The translations under genes and the position numbers were made by a program. The notes beneath the pieces are model-generated. The model saw nothing but the letters and a program-made list of their open reading frames with translations, made no database searches and was not told the origin of the DNA. From a virus (taxonomy: Duplodnaviria > Caudoviricetes), in IMG/VR virus record IMGVR_UViG_3300011008_000034, positions 1 through 64,000 of that record: 64,000 nucleotides of DNA; one strand, given 5' to 3'. Positions 61,037 to 64,000 of this stretch are shown in pieces; the first letter of the stretch is position 1, and the number at the start of each line of letters is the position of its first letter.

Positions 61037-62488
61037 TTCAAAAACTAATCCTTGATTTCTTTTTAAGATTTTACATTCTTTTAGTTTTGCAAATCCTTTT
61101 TCAAAAGATTTACAAATAAGATATTTTTCGTGACTTGTTCCTTCACATATATATCTTTTTTGTTTATGTAAAAATATTGCTCCTGGATATAATCGTTCCA
61201 TTTGTTTATAAATATGTCTTCCTTGAACAACAATCAAATTACTTACATTTTGAGGATATTTTTTTGCATATTCTTCTAAAGAATCTACATTCTGTGCAGT
61301 CTTTTTATGACGATTTTTACACACTATTTTTGTTTTATAATAATATAGTCTATCAATTATTCGATAACACATTTTACGATCATGTCTTCTAAATTGCCTA
61401 ATATTATACTTATTTTCAATAATAGGTTGTTTATATTGATTTAAAGACGAAACAGCAATACACCAAGCATCAATATAGTGATCCTTATTTAATTCTAAAT
61501 CATTTCTAATTTGATAAGTTTCATAACCAGTTGTACAATTCAAGGGTAAGATTTGACTTAATTGTTCTATTAATTGATTTTTAATTTGATTTAATACAGA
61601 TAATGCACCATATTTTTTTAAAAGTCCACCATGTTTTTGAACACATTTTTTATCCCATTTTTTATCTTTATGAATTAAATCATGATGTTTAAAACATACA
61701 CCAGCAATATTATCTACAGTATCATTACCACCACGACTTCTCCAAATAACGTGATGATAATGTTCAATACCATGCTTACAAAATAAGCATTTTCCTTCTT
61801 GTTGATGATAAACATATTCTTCTTTATTTTTAAATCCAAATAACTTACCTTTAGCGTATTCCCAATTTTTAATATTAGGATTTTCCAATTTAGCTATATC
61901 AAATGAATTAATTTCTAATACCAATTCGGATATAGGTAAGAATTTTTGAATCTTTTTTACAAGATTAATATGCGTACGTAATAACTGAGTCGCAGTAGGA
62001 GTTAACCATCCTTCTTTCCGCTTACGATTACAAAAACGTGATTGTTTATTTTTGATTAATTTGAATTTTACATCAACGCTATAATGAGGTAACCGTCTAA
62101 TAATTACTCTATCTTTTTGCAAAGGAAAATATTTTTTAAATCTACGAATACGTTTTTTTCTTCTATAAAAACGTCTCATATATCTACTTGCACGACGATC
62201 GTCCATTAATGTTTTTATTTTTTTATTTCTAGTAGTTACATTACTAGAAAACAATTCATTACTTTTTTCATCAACAACACATAATCCAATATTTGTTCTT
62301 CCAGGATCTATTCCTAAGATACATTTTTGTGTTTTAGTATCAGATGTATCTCTAAGAAATTGAATGGTAAATGGTTTATATTCAACTATTTTTACCTCTT
62401 TTCTTTTTAACCATCTTTTTACTCTGCCATAACTATGACATGGCATTAATGGTTTTCCATTCTTATCTAAAACATAAATGCAATTCAT
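61034..62488 (-). CDS. iscB: IscB RNA-guided endonuclease, copy 2
   Basis: PLMP, GIDPG, bridge helix, HNH, DHYIDA; highly similar to copy 1 except at the C-terminus. Confidence 0.92.
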   Translation of the reverse strand: MNCIYVLDKNGKPLMPCHSYGRVKRWLKRKEVKIVEYKPFTIQFLRDTSDTKTQKCILGIDPGRTNIGLCVVDEKSNELFSSNVTTRNKKIKTLMDDRRASRYMRRFYRRKKRIRRFKKYFPLQKDRVIIRRLPHYSVDVKFKLIKNKQSRFCNRKRKEGWLTPTATQLLRTHINLVKKIQKFLPISELVLEINSFDIAKLENPNIKNWEYAKGKLFGFKNKEEYVYHQQEGKCLFCKHGIEHYHHVIWRSRGGNDTVDNIAGVCFKHHDLIHKDKKWDKKCVQKHGGLLKKYGALSVLNQIKNQLIEQLSQILPLNCTTGYETYQIRNDLELNKDHYIDAWCIAVSSLNQYKQPIIENKYNIRQFRRHDRKMCYRIIDRLYYYKTKIVCKNRHKKTAQNVDSLEEYAKKYPQNVSNLIVVQGRHIYKQMERLYPGAIFLHKQKRYICEGTSHEKYLICKSFEKGFAKLKECKILKRNQGLVFE

Positions 62489-62499
62489 TAATTATTTTC

Positions 62500-62687
62500 C
62501 TTCCTTATAAATAAGTGAAATTTTTAATGATTATAAACCACTGAATTTCTTAACAGTTTTAGTTTCCATGGCATTTATACATATAATCTCTGTAGAGCAT
62601 TCGAGCTTGGAATCACCCCAAGGTACACATGTATTCGACTATATATTTTGCCTAGATAGATACCCCTATTCATTAATCAGATCATTT
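62500..62687 (-). ncRNA. putative omegaRNA scaffold of IscB copy 2
   Basis: core 62516-62627 is conserved with the copy 1 leader; ends are approximate. Confidence 0.65.
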
Positions 62688-62721
62688 CTTCGTTCTGATT
62701 CGGAACTGGATGTATCTTTTA
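62688..62721. repeat. 34-bp direct repeat flanking iscB copy 2 (upstream copy, at the expected guide position)
   Basis: CTTCGTTCTGATTCGGAACTGGATGTATCTTTTA. Confidence 0.9.
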
Positions 62722-62994
62722 AATAAAATAAACTACTTTATCATCTATTTTTATATGGTCGTTAAAAAACGTATAACTTTTTTCTTTTAAATGTATTGTT
62801 TTATGATTTTCCCTAAACTTATTGTGTAATACAATAGGGCGCTTAAATGGTCTTTTAATAATGATTTTATCGCGAATAACATCGTAAAAAATAATTTCGT
62901 CTAGCTTGACAATTTGTTTCTTATTAAATATAGCATGAAAAATTTTTTTAATGTAATTCCAAATAATCATATTTGCACCTCTTGCATATAGCAT
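62719..62994 (-). CDS. hypothetical protein
   Basis: GAGGTG RBS before ATG 62970. Confidence 0.6.
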   Translation of the reverse strand: MLYARGANMIIWNYIKKIFHAIFNKKQIVKLDEIIFYDVIRDKIIIKRPFKRPIVLHNKFRENHKTIHLKEKSYTFFNDHIKIDDKVVYFI

Positions 62995-63165
62995 TTAATA
63001 AAATGTAAAAATTTAATTTTAAAATTTTCTTCCATATTAAAATTATAAATCTTTAGACAATTTTTAACATTCAGTTTTTAGAAAATTTGTTGTTAGCTAT
63101 TTACAATTGGTAATTATTGGTATATAATCAGTTTTGTAAATAGTTAGAGGAAAGGATGAAGCGCT

Positions 63166-63471
63166 ATGAATAATGTTGAGGTGTCCACTGAAAAATTGAT
63201 TGAGGAATCCATTGAGAGAGGCAGGAAATTCATTGAACGATTGAAAAAGTCTAAGCAAAACGTTGTAGATGCCTCGCAATACGTAGTTCCTAGAAATGTT
63301 ACCAAAGAAGAATTCCAAGAAGCAATTGACAGATTCAATATAGCAAATAATCAAGTAATAAATTGTAATATGGAACATTTTGATACGTCATGCATGAAAT
63401 TGACATTGGAAGAAACAGAACTGAACAAATTATTTTTAGCAGCAAAGCTTTACAAACAACAAATTGCATAA
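63166..63471 (+). CDS. small helical protein, possibly DUF2508/YaaL-like
   Basis: RBS, promoter-like TTTACA...TATAAT upstream, terminator downstream; family call is weak. Confidence 0.55.
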   Translation: MNNVEVSTEKLIEESIERGRKFIERLKKSKQNVVDASQYVVPRNVTKEEFQEAIDRFNIANNQVINCNMEHFDTSCMKLTLEETELNKLFLAAKLYKQQIA

Positions 63472-63612
63472 CAAGAATGAGGAGGACAGTAGATTGTCCT
63501 CCTTTTTGAATTTGCGATAACTTTTTTCGTAAAAAACTATTTACAAATATTGTAAAATGTGATACAATAAATTCAGGTAAAAAAAATAAGGTTTATGAAA
63601 GGAAGAAAAATT

Positions 63613-64000
63613 ATGGCGAAAAAAGAAACAATGAACACTGTCAATTATTATTCAATGACTCCTGATGAAATTGTTGAAATGTTCCCTATTATGTATTCAG
63701 GTGAGGATTTTGCAGACCAGCCTACGAAAATGCTTTGGGGGCCTCCGGGTGTGGGAAAATCCCAAGCAGTAAAACAATTTGGTGAACGTCTTGAACAAAT
63801 TACAGGAAAAACTGTAGAAGTTCATGTGGTTTCATTATTGTTAATGTCTCCGATTGATTTGAGAGGTATTCCTTCTAAATCACAAAAGGAAATTTACCTT
63901 AATGATGAAAAAACTACAGTAGATGTAGCAAAATGGCTGCCACCTGATATTTTCCAAATGAATCCGAGCAAAAATCATATTAATATTTTGTTCTTGGATG
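63613..64000 (+). CDS. AAA+ ATPase (MoxR-like), truncated by the window edge
   Basis: MLWGPPGVGKS Walker A, DLRGIP, ILFLD(E) Walker B; promoter AAAACTATTTACA-17-TACAAT at 63533-63569. Confidence 0.85.
   Translation, partial: MAKKETMNTVNYYSMTPDEIVEMFPIMYSGEDFADQPTKMLWGPPGVGKSQAVKQFGERLEQITGKTVEVHVVSLLLMSPIDLRGIPSKSQKEIYLNDEKTTVDVAKWLPPDIFQMNPSKNHINILFLD

Noticed and set aside
2121-61392. Many short antisense ORFs in the track (e.g. 2121, 7162, 7903, 14422, 18401, 32794, 37097, 53255, 55373, 61135)
   Set aside because: They lie opposite well-supported genes, lack RBSs and have shadow-frame composition
58260-62721. Three 33-34 bp repeats as a CRISPR array
   Set aside because: Spacing is 1.7-2.7 kb, not spacer-sized, and no cas genes are visible
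1-64000. Alternative genetic code (TAG or TGA reassignment)
   Set aside because: Long structural and enzyme genes are uninterrupted in code 11, and TAG/TGA end genuine genes (nrdG, sbcC, dnaE)
1-64000. tRNA or rRNA genes
   Set aside because: No cloverleaf or T-loop signature was seen in the intergenic regions by eye; tRNAscan-SE would be needed to exclude them fully

Overview
A very AT-rich 64 kb segment of a large (jumbo-type) tailed phage genome. It has Firmicutes-style RBSs and sigma-A-like promoters, and the host is possibly a Negativicute. No rRNA, tRNA or CRISPR array was recognised. Replication and nucleotide genes include thyA, folA, a gp32-like SSB, SbcC/SbcD, RuvC, NrdG, a dNMP kinase and an intein-containing dCMP deaminase. 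The DNA polymerase III alpha (dnaE) is in three pieces: a naturally split intein with halves about 7.9 kb apart, plus a 303-nt group I intron. A T4-like cytosine hypermodification pathway is present (dCMP hydroxymethylase-type TS paralog and an alpha-glucosyltransferase homolog). The window also holds tail/structural genes, an amidase endolysin, two IscB (OMEGA) elements, and an IbrA/IbrB-like pair. Two things are not explained by standard annotation. (1) A ~1.56 kb non-coding imperfect palindrome (29570-31129) with four symmetric side hairpins lies between a candidate promoter and a terminator, next to ruvC-sbcD-sbcC. (2) A dispersed two-gene system has 6 A-B pairs and 2 orphan B genes. A carries a shared basic N-terminal K/R-L-x-K leader and a late-type promoter. 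B has its own early promoter, embedded in an RBS-sequestering hairpin or terminator. I infer that this may be a virion-delivered effector/immunity system. All calls were made by eye, without database searches.
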